64,000 nucleotides of DNA from Oculatellaceae cyanobacterium bins.114 (lineage in GTDB: Bacteria; Cyanobacteriota; Cyanobacteriia; Elainellales; Elainellaceae), in assembly GCA_033764315.1 (NCBI GenBank), contig JANRJA010000187.1, positions 15,243-79,242 on the forward strand. Reading direction: 5' to 3'. Each line of letters starts with the position of its first letter. Position 1 is the stretch's first letter. A model generated the notes under the pieces. It did not search any database. It was not told the origin of the DNA and was given only the letters and a program-made list of their open reading frames with translations. Positions 1 to 9,012 of this stretch are shown piece after piece. Position numbers and translations under genes: made by a program.

Positions 1-14
1 GAGGAGCAAACAGC

Positions 15-135
15 TACTCATCTCATCACCCCATTCCCCATCACCTCATCGACTCGTCATCCCGTCATTCACCCATCCTCTACATCAGCAACTGACCATT
101 GACCACTAAACCATTGACCCATTGACCACTGACCC
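15..135. repeat. Short tandemly repeated repetitive (STRR-like) 7-8 nt repeats
   Basis: Degenerate CC(C)ATC/CTCATC units followed by several CCATTGA/CCACTGA units upstream of the first CDS. Confidence 0.6.
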
Positions 136-152
136 AACATAAGGAGAAACCC

Positions 153-1040
153 GTGAGCAAACCGATTTATGAATTGATCGATCACTTGCCAACTGGTGGT
201 TTAACGGTGATGGCGTTGCGATCGCTCGATTTCGTCATTCCGGGGCAGTGGCAAAACCTCACCGGATTTGAGAACACAATCCGCACGGTGACTGGAGAGA
301 GTGACCCCCAACTGATCAAGCAAATTGGCGATCGCGCAATTACTCTGTTTAACGATAAATCTCAGGGCTATCAACGGGCACTCTGGCTTTATCAAACTGT
401 GGACTCGGCATCAGGGGCGATCGGCACAGCGGCTCTGGCAAACAAAGTCGGCCAGGACATTTCTTTCTTAGGGTTTCTTAAAAACCTCACCCCCAAGCCC
501 GAAAAAGCTCAAACCATTGATCTGTGCGTCAAGTTAGTGGTGGAGTTAGTTGCCTTCTGCCAAATTAACGGCATCCCCGGTGACAGCATTGGCGATTTCT
601 TAGCTGCCCTCAAAGATTATGGAGGCGAATCTTTGATGCGCATGGCAGCCCTAGTTTGTTTTGATGGCTTAATTCCCTTGGGGCCTGACTTTGCCCTCAA
701 AGCGTTGTCTGCAATTAAGCAAATGACCCCCTCTGACCTGGAGCATAACCCAACCTTTAAAGCGGTGAATTCTCTGATCCCAGGGGGCAACTCAAAAGGA
801 CAACAGAGTTTTATCATCCAAAGTTTTGAATCAACCAAAGGCTGGATTGATAATTTTGTAGGCTCTCACAACCTGACACCCGACCAAGTAGTAGACCACT
901 TAGTCCGCTTTGTAGAAGTCTCTAAAGATAAATTAGATTACCTGGGTGCCTACCTGGATGTCGTTGTGAAATATTATGAGCACACGGGGGTTCAGACCTT
1001 GGCGCGGCGTTTGACTGAACGGGCAGTTGCCGAAATTTAA
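153..1040 (+). CDS. Conserved cyanobacterial hypothetical protein (295 aa)
   Basis: Long ORF with GTG start preceded by AAGGAG RBS; no recognisable catalytic motif. Confidence 0.8.
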   Translation: MSKPIYELIDHLPTGGLTVMALRSLDFVIPGQWQNLTGFENTIRTVTGESDPQLIKQIGDRAITLFNDKSQGYQRALWLYQTVDSASGAIGTAALANKVGQDISFLGFLKNLTPKPEKAQTIDLCVKLVVELVAFCQINGIPGDSIGDFLAALKDYGGESLMRMAALVCFDGLIPLGPDFALKALSAIKQMTPSDLEHNPTFKAVNSLIPGGNSKGQQSFIIQSFESTKGWIDNFVGSHNLTPDQVVDHLVRFVEVSKDKLDYLGAYLDVVVKYYEHTGVQTLARRLTERAVAEI

Positions 1041-1138
1041 ACTCACATCCTAGTGATTTCATTAAAACCTCGCAGTCCCCCCCTTTCGCTAGGCTGATTC
1101 TCTTGCAAGAATAGAGTAGTGGACGATGCAACACAACT

Positions 1139-2638
1139 ATGCCAGCGGAACAGCCAGACGAATTTATTGACAATTGGACTTACTTAAAGACTGAACTGAG
1201 CTGGTTAGACCGCGTGTTAATGGTGGCAGTGGCGCGTCAACGCAAAGACACCAAGGAAGTCGATCGCATTGCCCAAAACCGGGCAGACCGGGCAACTAGC
1301 CATTGGTGGAAGGGGTTAATCTCGACGGAAGGCAAGGCGGTCTATGACGAATATCGCAAGCCCACCACACAAACGGCGATCGCCTCAAAACAAACCTATC
1401 AGCAGCAACTCGAAACCAAAATTCAGGCCAGTCAGCAAAAGGGCATTGTTTTAGGGCTACCCGCTCTGTGCGATCGCCTCAAGCTGACCGTGTTTGAAAA
1501 AAATTTGGTGCTGATGAGCTTGGCTCCTGAAATTAATCGTCGCTATGCTCGCATTTACCGCTTTCTACAAGGGGAAGAGATCAGCGTTAAAACCGATTTA
1601 CCAACTGTCGATCTGGTATTGCGGTTGCTCTGCCGCAGCGATAAAGAATGGCGCATCGCTCGTAATCGTTTGATGTTTGACTCGCCCCTAGTACACCACA
1701 ACCTGTTAAAGATTTTGCCTCGACACGAAGACACCCTACTCAACTATCCCCTCAAGCTAAATGACTCGCTGGTGGATTATCTGCTGGCTGAACAACCGCC
1801 AACAGAAGCCCTGGATGACCTGCTATGTCTGGCACCCAGTGCCTCTTCATCCCGTAGTTTTTTAACGTACACAGACCCCCTGGTAGACTGGGATGACTTA
1901 ATTTTGCCCACTCCACTCTTACAGGCGTTGCAATCGCTCAATCAGGCTGTGCAGTTTGAAGGAGACTCGTTGGGGGTTGTATGCCTATTTGTGGGGGCAG
2001 CGGGCAGTGGTAAAACAACAGCGGCTGAAGCGATCGCCGCTACACTCAACACCCCTTTGGCAACCGTGGATCTGGCAACGGTGAATCCAGAACACTATGA
2101 CCCTGTTTTTCAAGAAATTGCTGTGCGATCGCCCAGTGTTTTGTTAGTCCAGTCGGCTCAACACTGGTTGCGGCGTTCAACCGTGGCATCTGATATTCAA
2201 ATTCACCAGTTCTTCAAGCAGCGTCGCCAAGTCGCAGGGATTACGTTGTTGACGGTATCGCTGTTGCCCTCGGTCAAGATCCAGTGGCAACATCAAATGG
2301 ATCAGGTTTTGACCTTTCCTCATCCTGACAAAAGCGATCGCCTCAAGCTTTGGCAACAAGCCCTTGGCTCCCTGATCGAAATAGACTCCCTTGACCTGAC
2401 TGTAGACTGGGAGGTGTTAGCCAGTGCTCGTCTAACGGGGGCCGAGATCCGAGCGATCGCCCGCACTGCCATCTCACTCGCTGCAACTCAACAAACGCAA
2501 ATTGAGATGGATCATCTCGTGCAAGCCTTTCAACAACAAGGCAAAACCTTGAGATTAAAGCCTGTCGGCAGGCTATCACCCGCAAAACGGTCTACCCGCA
2601 AAACCGCTAAACTGGGGCGATCGCAAAAAACTCTGTAA
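1139..2638 (+). CDS. AAA-family ATPase-like protein with N-terminal winged-helix-like domain (Afp15/Pvc15-like, degenerate)
   Basis: LCDRLKLTVFEKNLVLMSLAPE..PTVDL N-domain, WDDLILP, Walker A GAAGSGKT, C-terminal FPHPDKSDRLKLW..LTGAEIRAI lid; Walker B not conserved. Confidence 0.75.
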   Translation: MPAEQPDEFIDNWTYLKTELSWLDRVLMVAVARQRKDTKEVDRIAQNRADRATSHWWKGLISTEGKAVYDEYRKPTTQTAIASKQTYQQQLETKIQASQQKGIVLGLPALCDRLKLTVFEKNLVLMSLAPEINRRYARIYRFLQGEEISVKTDLPTVDLVLRLLCRSDKEWRIARNRLMFDSPLVHHNLLKILPRHEDTLLNYPLKLNDSLVDYLLAEQPPTEALDDLLCLAPSASSSRSFLTYTDPLVDWDDLILPTPLLQALQSLNQAVQFEGDSLGVVCLFVGAAGSGKTTAAEAIAATLNTPLATVDLATVNPEHYDPVFQEIAVRSPSVLLVQSAQHWLRRSTVASDIQIHQFFKQRRQVAGITLLTVSLLPSVKIQWQHQMDQVLTFPHPDKSDRLKLWQQALGSLIEIDSLDLTVDWEVLASARLTGAEIRAIARTAISLAATQQTQIEMDHLVQAFQQQGKTLRLKPVGRLSPAKRSTRKTAKLGRSQKTL

Positions 2639-2755
2639 TATCCAGTTGCCAAAACTGTAACCAAAGCAACCAACTCAGCCTAAAAATGTCAGATTAGAGA
2701 CATCAGTCTAAAGCGTTCTGTTTGTCAGATGCTTGTTTCAGTGAGGAGAGAATTT

Positions 2756-3487
2756 ATGAAATCTATGCTGTCATCCCGTCACCTGTCCAATTTGGTTAAG
2801 GTCTGCTGCATCGCCCCTTTAACCCTGGGTGTGTTTGGTCTGGCCCCTATGCAAGCCGCCTTTGCCGATGAACCCCGCGCCAGAACTGTCACGGTCACTG
2901 GGCAGGGAGTTGAGGTCATCGATACAACCTTGACCCAGGTGCAGTTGGGAGTAGAAGCCCAAGGCGACACAGCTCAAGACGTTCAGCAAGAGGTGGCGCG
3001 TCGTTCGGCTGCCGTTGTGGAATTGTTGCGATCGCGCAACGTGAGCCGTTTGCAAACCACAGGCATCAACCTAAACCCCGTTTATAGCTACACCGACAAC
3101 CAACAACGAGTCTCAGGCTACTCAGCCGCTAATATCGTCAGTTTTCAACTGGCAACCGCGCAAGTTGGCACTCTGTTAGATGATGCTGTGAGAGCCGGAG
3201 CCAGTCGCATTGATAGCGTTAGCTTTATTGCCTCAGATGAGGCGATCGCCGCTGCCCGTCAAGAAGCCCTGCGAGAAGCCACCCAAGACGCACAACAACA
3301 AGCTGATGCCGTGCTGGGTACGTTAGGACTAACCCGCCGAGAGGTCGTTAGCATTCAGATTGGGGAGGGTCCGATCTTCTCGCCTCCCATGCCGTATGCT
3401 GCTGCCGATCGAGCGGCTAGTGCCACCCCAGTCATCGGAGGTGAACAACAAGTTCAGGCCAATGTCACGCTAGAAATCAGCTATTAA
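2756..3487 (+). CDS. SIMPL/DUF541 periplasmic protein
   Basis: Signal peptide, RTVTVTGQG, 'AREALREATQDAQQQA..LG'-type segment, C-terminal GEQQVQANVTLEISY; ATG at 2756 follows GAGGAG. Confidence 0.85.
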   Translation: MKSMLSSRHLSNLVKVCCIAPLTLGVFGLAPMQAAFADEPRARTVTVTGQGVEVIDTTLTQVQLGVEAQGDTAQDVQQEVARRSAAVVELLRSRNVSRLQTTGINLNPVYSYTDNQQRVSGYSAANIVSFQLATAQVGTLLDDAVRAGASRIDSVSFIASDEAIAAARQEALREATQDAQQQADAVLGTLGLTRREVVSIQIGEGPIFSPPMPYAAADRAASATPVIGGEQQVQANVTLEISY

Positions 3488-3536
3488 CCCCCTGTTGAAT
3501 TCGCTAGAGTAGAGTCAGCAGTTCGCTTTAAGAGAA

Positions 3537-4115
3537 TTGGTGATGCGTACTTCAACCTGGCTTGCAACAACCCTGGCTGCGATCGTTGGCACCGCAGCCT
3601 GGATCACCCTACCTGCTGAAGCGGTAAGGCTCTCCGACGGTAAAGTCTATTTTGTTCAGCCCCCTCGGCTGACTTACAGTGCCACAACCCAGAGCTTAAC
3701 AAACGCTTCCGGAGCTACCTACTATTTCACGTTAACCGTCCCTGAGAATGCTGGGGAACCGCTGCAACGTGTGGCGATCGCCCAACGAGATGGCTCCACT
3801 AGTGCTCGTTTGGTGCGCTATGAACTCGATGATACTCGCGCCTTTACAGGCACTCGCCACAATCGGGGCGAAGCCCTGACCCTGGCAGAAACCACCTTCG
3901 ATCGGGACACCCAAACGGTCACGGTCACATTTGATCCGCCTGTTCCTCCAGGCACAACCGTCACCATCGGGTTGCGTCCAGACCGCAATCCAAACGCAGG
4001 TGGAACCTACTTATTTGGCGTCACCGCTTACCCCGCTGGCGATACTCCCTATGGGCAGTTTCTCGGCTACGGACGATTTCAGTTTGACGAACCCAATCAC
4101 TTCCTGTCTTTCTGA
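3537..4115 (+). CDS. DUF2808 family protein
   Basis: Signal peptide, FVQPPRL, TYYFTL..AGEPL, FDPPVPPG..NP..GTYLFGVTAYP motifs. Confidence 0.8.
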   Translation: MVMRTSTWLATTLAAIVGTAAWITLPAEAVRLSDGKVYFVQPPRLTYSATTQSLTNASGATYYFTLTVPENAGEPLQRVAIAQRDGSTSARLVRYELDDTRAFTGTRHNRGEALTLAETTFDRDTQTVTVTFDPPVPPGTTVTIGLRPDRNPNAGGTYLFGVTAYPAGDTPYGQFLGYGRFQFDEPNHFLSF

Positions 4116-4140
4116 TCGGCAATGGGAATGGTTAAGCATC

Positions 4141-5133
4141 TCAATCATGCATGCTGCCATCCGGTAAAACCGCCCCCTTCAGATTGGCTCCCATCAGGTT
4201 GGTGCTACTTAGTTCGGCCCGCACCAGACTGGCCTCCTGTAAATCTGCATCCATCAAATCAGCCCTGGCCAGATAAGCATCTGTCAGGTTGGCTTCCCGC
4301 AAAATCGCCCCTTGCAGACTGGCCCGACTCAAATCAGCCCGAGACAATTTAGCCGCCGTCAAGTCTGCCCCATTCAACAGGGCTTTAGTGAGCCGCACAT
4401 CGGGCATGACGGCTCCTTGTAATTTAGCTGTCATCAAATTTGCCTCGGTCAGGTCTGCCCGTTCTAACTTGGCATTCCACAAATCAGCCCCCTCTAGCGT
4501 TGCCTCCAACAAATTGGCTTCCGTCAGAAATGCGCCTCTCAAAATAGCACCACTGAGATCAGCCCCGCTCAGATCCGCATTCCTCAAGGTTGCTTCACTC
4601 AAGTTGGCACCCCGTAGATCGACCTTAGCAAGATCGGCTCCGGTCAGGTTAGCTCCTCGTAAATCAGCTTTGTGGAGGTTGGCTCCGCGCAGATTAGAAG
4701 TGTATTTGCGGTTTTCTTCCCGCAGATTGGCTCCCCGTAAACACGCCCCGGTCAGGTTAGCTCCCCCCAAGTTGGCATTCCGCAGATCGGCATCAATCAA
4801 ATTGGCATCTAAGAGGTTTGCCAGCGTTAAATCAGCACTCCGCAAGTCAGCCCCTTGCAACGTGGCTCCATGCAGGTCAGCGTCTTGTAACTTGGATGCA
4901 ATCAGATTGGCCTGACTCAAATTTGCACCACTGAGCTTGGCACTGATCAAGTTGGCCCGACTCAAACTAGCGCGGTTGAGATAGGCAAAGACTAATATCG
5001 TATGGCTCAAGTTGGCTTCGCCCAAGTCAACCCCAATCAAGTCAGCCCCAGTCAGATCGGCTCCGCCTAAATTTACGCCATTAAAATCTATTTGCCCAGT
5101 GGCATATCGTCTTAACAATTCACTCACATCCAT
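4141..5133 (-). CDS. Pentapeptide repeat protein
   Basis: Near-continuous A(D/N)LxG pentapeptide repeats; MDVSELLRRYATG N-cap and GAVLPDG C-cap. Confidence 0.95.
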   Translation of the reverse strand: MDVSELLRRYATGQIDFNGVNLGGADLTGADLIGVDLGEANLSHTILVFAYLNRASLSRANLISAKLSGANLSQANLIASKLQDADLHGATLQGADLRSADLTLANLLDANLIDADLRNANLGGANLTGACLRGANLREENRKYTSNLRGANLHKADLRGANLTGADLAKVDLRGANLSEATLRNADLSGADLSGAILRGAFLTEANLLEATLEGADLWNAKLERADLTEANLMTAKLQGAVMPDVRLTKALLNGADLTAAKLSRADLSRASLQGAILREANLTDAYLARADLMDADLQEASLVRAELSSTNLMGANLKGAVLPDGSMHD

Positions 5134-5233
5134 AGCGATGACCTCTGATCCGGGAGCGTTGCTGACCTTTGGGAAGATCCCACTCGATACACTTTAAACC
5201 GTCATGCTTCTGTGTTGACCCATCTTCTGCTGA

Positions 5234-6676
5234 TCAAGATGGGTTGGGTGGCGTGTTGTCTCGTGGAGCGTTAGACGGATGAGGGAGATGTTTATCGGCT
5301 TGAGAGGAAAATGCACCCGGATTTTTGGGCAGTGCTAGGGTGTCGTCGTTGTGAATAGACGGTGGGCTGAGATCTAGTGTGCGATCGCCCTCAGTCAGAT
5401 CGGGTGTTTGTGGAGTCAGAGGTTTGCTCTGATTGCCATCGGCCTCTGCGGCTTGAGTTGACGGGGGAGTCGGCAAAAATGAACAGGTATCATCCAGGTT
5501 TTGCGGCTCAGGAGCGATCGGCAGAATAGGTGCTGTATTGGGTAGTCTGGGGGGTTGGCTCACCTGCGTCGGCGATGGAGAGTTTGATCGAGGCTTTGCC
5601 CCAGAGTCAGGTAATCCGGCTTTATAGGTGTACCACGTCCGCACTGCTCGCAATACAGCCCCCGCAGCTTGCAAATATTGCTTTGCATCACTCAATGCCT
5701 TTGCCACATCTTTGAGGGCAATTTCTAACGATTCATACGTGGGATAACGATTGACTGCGGTTTGCAACAATTCATCAAGGTCGTGCGATCGCACCACAGA
5801 CCATCCTTCATCCGTGGCATCAATCGAGCGATATAACACTGAGAACAGCAGTGCTTTAGCTCTTAAAGGGCTGGTGTATTTCATCACCTCTATCCGCAGG
5901 TCAAACATATCAGGCGGATGTTTAGGAAACTCAACCGGGGTTTCATCGGGGCCAGAGGCGATCGCCACCTGCTGCGTTGGTTGAGAGACCATCATCGAGG
6001 GGAGGGGCGATGGCATCTCAACTGCACCCAAGTTGGACTCAGAGAAAATGATCCGAGTTGAGACAGAAGCCGTGGAATAAAGCTGGGTAAACGTTTCCAC
6101 AATCGTATTGGCAACCAACGTGTATTCTGTCTGACGGTTTAGCGTTTTAACAATGCTATAGAGCACAGCACTCAACTCGTTCAAAGAAGGGGTGAGCACA
6201 TGCAACCGTTCAACCAGGTCACTTAAAGGATAGTTGTTGAGCACAGCGGGGTCATTTTCCCAACGACCATTGCAGGCACAAAATAAAATTTTTTTGATGC
6301 GAATGTGCTGAGGATTTTGCTCTAATTGAGCAACCGTCTCAGCATAATTGCCATGTGGAGAGATAACTTGAGTCGCTTCTTCGGAGGTATAAAGCGGCTT
6401 GAGATGATTAATAATCGTATTTGCCACCAGAGCATACTCAGCAGGCTTGTTGATGGACTTTACAACTTTGTTTAACCTGGCTCTCAATTGGTCTAGCTCT
6501 GGCGCAATTTTTAATAGCTCTTGAACCAACGGATAAAGATTGACCTCATTTAACCGAGTAGGATTGCTCTCCCACTGATTTCGACAAAGATAAAGCAACA
6601 GCTTTTTAATGCGCGTTAGGCTTTGATCCTGCGATAGACCCTGAATAACCGCATCAAAATGGGTTGGCGCTGTCAT
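5234..6676 (-). CDS. Hypothetical protein with three tandem helical domains and Pro-rich tail
   Basis: Repeated RIKK(L/I)L..C...WE.(N/D)P ... EY.LVANTI units; low-complexity C-terminus. Confidence 0.75.
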   Translation of the reverse strand: MTAPTHFDAVIQGLSQDQSLTRIKKLLLYLCRNQWESNPTRLNEVNLYPLVQELLKIAPELDQLRARLNKVVKSINKPAEYALVANTIINHLKPLYTSEEATQVISPHGNYAETVAQLEQNPQHIRIKKILFCACNGRWENDPAVLNNYPLSDLVERLHVLTPSLNELSAVLYSIVKTLNRQTEYTLVANTIVETFTQLYSTASVSTRIIFSESNLGAVEMPSPLPSMMVSQPTQQVAIASGPDETPVEFPKHPPDMFDLRIEVMKYTSPLRAKALLFSVLYRSIDATDEGWSVVRSHDLDELLQTAVNRYPTYESLEIALKDVAKALSDAKQYLQAAGAVLRAVRTWYTYKAGLPDSGAKPRSNSPSPTQVSQPPRLPNTAPILPIAPEPQNLDDTCSFLPTPPSTQAAEADGNQSKPLTPQTPDLTEGDRTLDLSPPSIHNDDTLALPKNPGAFSSQADKHLPHPSNAPRDNTPPNPS

Positions 6677-7089
6677 TGGTTCCTTGGAAGAGAGGTTTTA
6701 GCAGATTGTGAGCAGCCTACAGCACGGTAGATGCCACAGGATGGTATGCCCACCAGAATAAATGGGATTGAGGATGTAGCCCAAGAATTTTTCTTAAAAT
6801 TATTATGAAGTCAATGCTAAAACTCAGCCAATATGAGTGCACAGAAATTTTTGACCAACTTCTAACCTATTTTAAGCTGCCATTTTGGGATTTTTAATTC
6901 AAATCTCATTTTACAAAAGATGAATAACGGTTTTATCAGAAAGCTAGCGGATTTGAACCCAGGGATTTAAGCCAAATCGCTGCTTTTTTTAGTTCAAAGA
7001 ACAAATTTCACGTCCTTTGAAAAACCATCTGCTTGAATCCGGCTCTCATCAATCTACCCATCCATCAAGGTCACATAGCAATCCCATCA

Positions 7090-7182
7090 CATAGCAATCC
7101 CAAATGGGTTGTGAGAGGCTTACTTCTTAGAGGTGCGCCTCTTACAACCTCCCCATCCCACACATGATTTAAGACTGCTATA
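7090..7182. mobile_element. 93-bp MITE-like element (family B), degenerate copy
   Basis: Ends CATAGCAATCCCAA / TTAAGACTGCTATA, internal GGTTGTGAGAGGC..GCCTCTTACAACC hairpin; same length and layout as 34575-34667. Confidence 0.7.
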
Positions 7183-7463
7183 TCAATTTTCTAGAATAGA
7201 GCAATCACACCGTCAGGAAGCTTTTGTAAAACGGTCTTATAGAAACTTTTAGCTGTTCTCTAGAGCGAGAGCATTCATATTAAACCACTCGTCTGATCAA
7301 ATTTGACTCGATCCCGTTTCAGATTTGTTGCCCATTCATTTGATATTAAACAGTTCCCAATCTATTAACCCGATAAACTGCGGTCAGGTTGTCATCCAAG
7401 ACATTCTGTTAAGGTCAATAAGTGGATCTATAGCCGCCGGTTTTTTCTCTGAGAACAAACGAT

Positions 7464-7796
7464 ATGGAACAGTATTACAAGCCAGAGCATTTAGCTCAAT
7501 TTAGCCAGGTAGCCGAAGGTAACCCTGAGCTAGCTCGCAAGTTTTTTGACTATTACGGGGCGGTGTTTGCCGATGGCGCACTATCGGTCAGAGAAAAAGC
7601 CTTGATTGCTTTAGCCGTTGCTCATACGGTGCAATGTCCTTATTGCATTGATGCCTACAGCAAGGAATGTTTGCAGCAGGGGTCTGATTTAGAGCAAATG
7701 ACTGAGGCGTTGCATGTCGCAACCGCCATTCGTGGAGGGGCATCCCTGGTTCATGGAATGCAAATGTTGGATCACGTCAAGCAGTTGGCAATGTAA
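7464..7796 (+). CDS. CMD/AhpD-family peroxidase-like protein associated with ArsS radical SAM enzymes
   Basis: GALSVREKALIALAVAH..CPYCIDAY CxxC motif; directly upstream of arsS. Confidence 0.85.
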   Translation: MEQYYKPEHLAQFSQVAEGNPELARKFFDYYGAVFADGALSVREKALIALAVAHTVQCPYCIDAYSKECLQQGSDLEQMTEALHVATAIRGGASLVHGMQMLDHVKQLAM

Positions 7797-7813
7797 GGGG
7801 AAGGAAGCGTTTA

Positions 7814-8935
7814 ATGTTTGATGAGACTGTAACGACAGACTTAGATCTGTCAAGCCTGGTTGCCGGACCTAAACCGACTACCTCACTTCAAAAGCGGCGA
7901 TCGCCTCTAGTAGACCCCCAAGAACAACTAAGCCTCTTGGCAGCCCTTGACTTGTCAAAGACCCGCAACCCTGGCGACTTTGCGACCACCCTACAACAGC
8001 AGGGGTGGCAGGCGTTGCAACCCGCTCAACTTGAGATTTTTCAGATCAACGTGGGCAAGCTCTGCAACATGACCTGTCGCCATTGCCATGTGGATGCTGG
8101 GCCCGATCGCACTGAAATGATGGATCGAGAGACCGTTGAGGCGTGTTTGCGAGCACTCGACCAAACCTCAGCCCATACTGTCGATATTACAGGGGGTGCA
8201 CCCGAACTGAATCCTCACTTTCGTCATCTGGTCGATCAGTGTGTGGTTCGTGGCAAACATGTGATCGATCGCTGTAATTTAACCGTGTTGTTGTTGCCCC
8301 GGCTGCAAGATTTGCCAATGTGGTTTGCTGAGCGAGGGGTCGAGGTGGTGTGTTCATTGCCCCACTATCGCAAGTTCAACACAGACGCTCAACGAGGGGA
8401 TGGCACCTTTGAGCGATCGATTGAGGCATTGCGACGGTTGAATGCGGCGGGTTATGGGCAGGGTGACCCAAAGCGTTGTCTGACATTGATGTCTAACCCA
8501 AATGGGGCGTTTTTAGCCAACGGTCAGGCCAAGATGGAACAAGAATGGAAAGCCGGACTGTTGAAGAATCATGGGGTTCACTTCGATCGCCTGATTGCCC
8601 TGAATAACATGCCGATTTCTCGTTTTTTGGAATGGCTAGAACAATCAGGCAACCTGCACCGCTATATGGAGGTGTTGGTCAACTCCTTCAATCTTGCGAC
8701 TGTGAGGGGCTTGATGTGTCGCAACACACTCTCTATCTCGTGGGATGGTCGTCTCTTTGATTGTGACTTTAACCAGATGCTCGATCTAGAGGTGCAATTA
8801 CCCGATCGCCATCCGGCTCACATTCACGATTTTGACCCACACCTGTTAGCACAGCGGCAGATCGTCACTGACCGACACTGCTTTGGTTGCACGGCGGGTG
8901 CTGGCAGTTCGTGTGGTGGGGCGATTGATGAGTAA
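7814..8935 (+). CDS. arsS: Arsenosugar biosynthesis radical SAM protein ArsS (DUF3641 C-domain)
   Basis: QINVGKLCNMTCRHCHVDAGP (CxxxCxxC), DITGGAPELNP, MCRNTLSISWDG..DCDFNQML, HCFGCTAGAGSSCGG. Confidence 0.85.
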   Translation: MFDETVTTDLDLSSLVAGPKPTTSLQKRRSPLVDPQEQLSLLAALDLSKTRNPGDFATTLQQQGWQALQPAQLEIFQINVGKLCNMTCRHCHVDAGPDRTEMMDRETVEACLRALDQTSAHTVDITGGAPELNPHFRHLVDQCVVRGKHVIDRCNLTVLLLPRLQDLPMWFAERGVEVVCSLPHYRKFNTDAQRGDGTFERSIEALRRLNAAGYGQGDPKRCLTLMSNPNGAFLANGQAKMEQEWKAGLLKNHGVHFDRLIALNNMPISRFLEWLEQSGNLHRYMEVLVNSFNLATVRGLMCRNTLSISWDGRLFDCDFNQMLDLEVQLPDRHPAHIHDFDPHLLAQRQIVTDRHCFGCTAGAGSSCGGAIDE

Positions 8936-8970
8936 GGCAAGCTTCACACAAGCCATGCCTTACATAAGAG

Positions 8971-9012
8971 GTGTCTTATACAGATGTGTCTTATACAGGG
9001 GTGTCTTATACA
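8971..9012. repeat. Three tandem GTGTCTTATACA units with 15-bp period
   Basis: Copies at 8971, 8986 and 9001; the last overlaps the stop codon of the convergent AAA gene. Confidence 0.85.

Noticed and set aside
4289..4915. 208-aa plus-strand ORF
   Set aside because: Antisense shadow of the pentapeptide-repeat gene; the repetitive codons explain the lack of stops
8880..8935. Possible selenocysteine in the ArsS C-terminus
   Set aside because: The GSSCGG position is TGT (Cys); no in-frame TGA
8964..9012. Resemblance to the Tn5/Nextera mosaic end (AGATGTGT, CTTATACA, ATAAGAG fragments)
   Set aside because: Only 7-8 nt pieces match and no full 19-bp end is present; a tandem duplication of the gene end explains it
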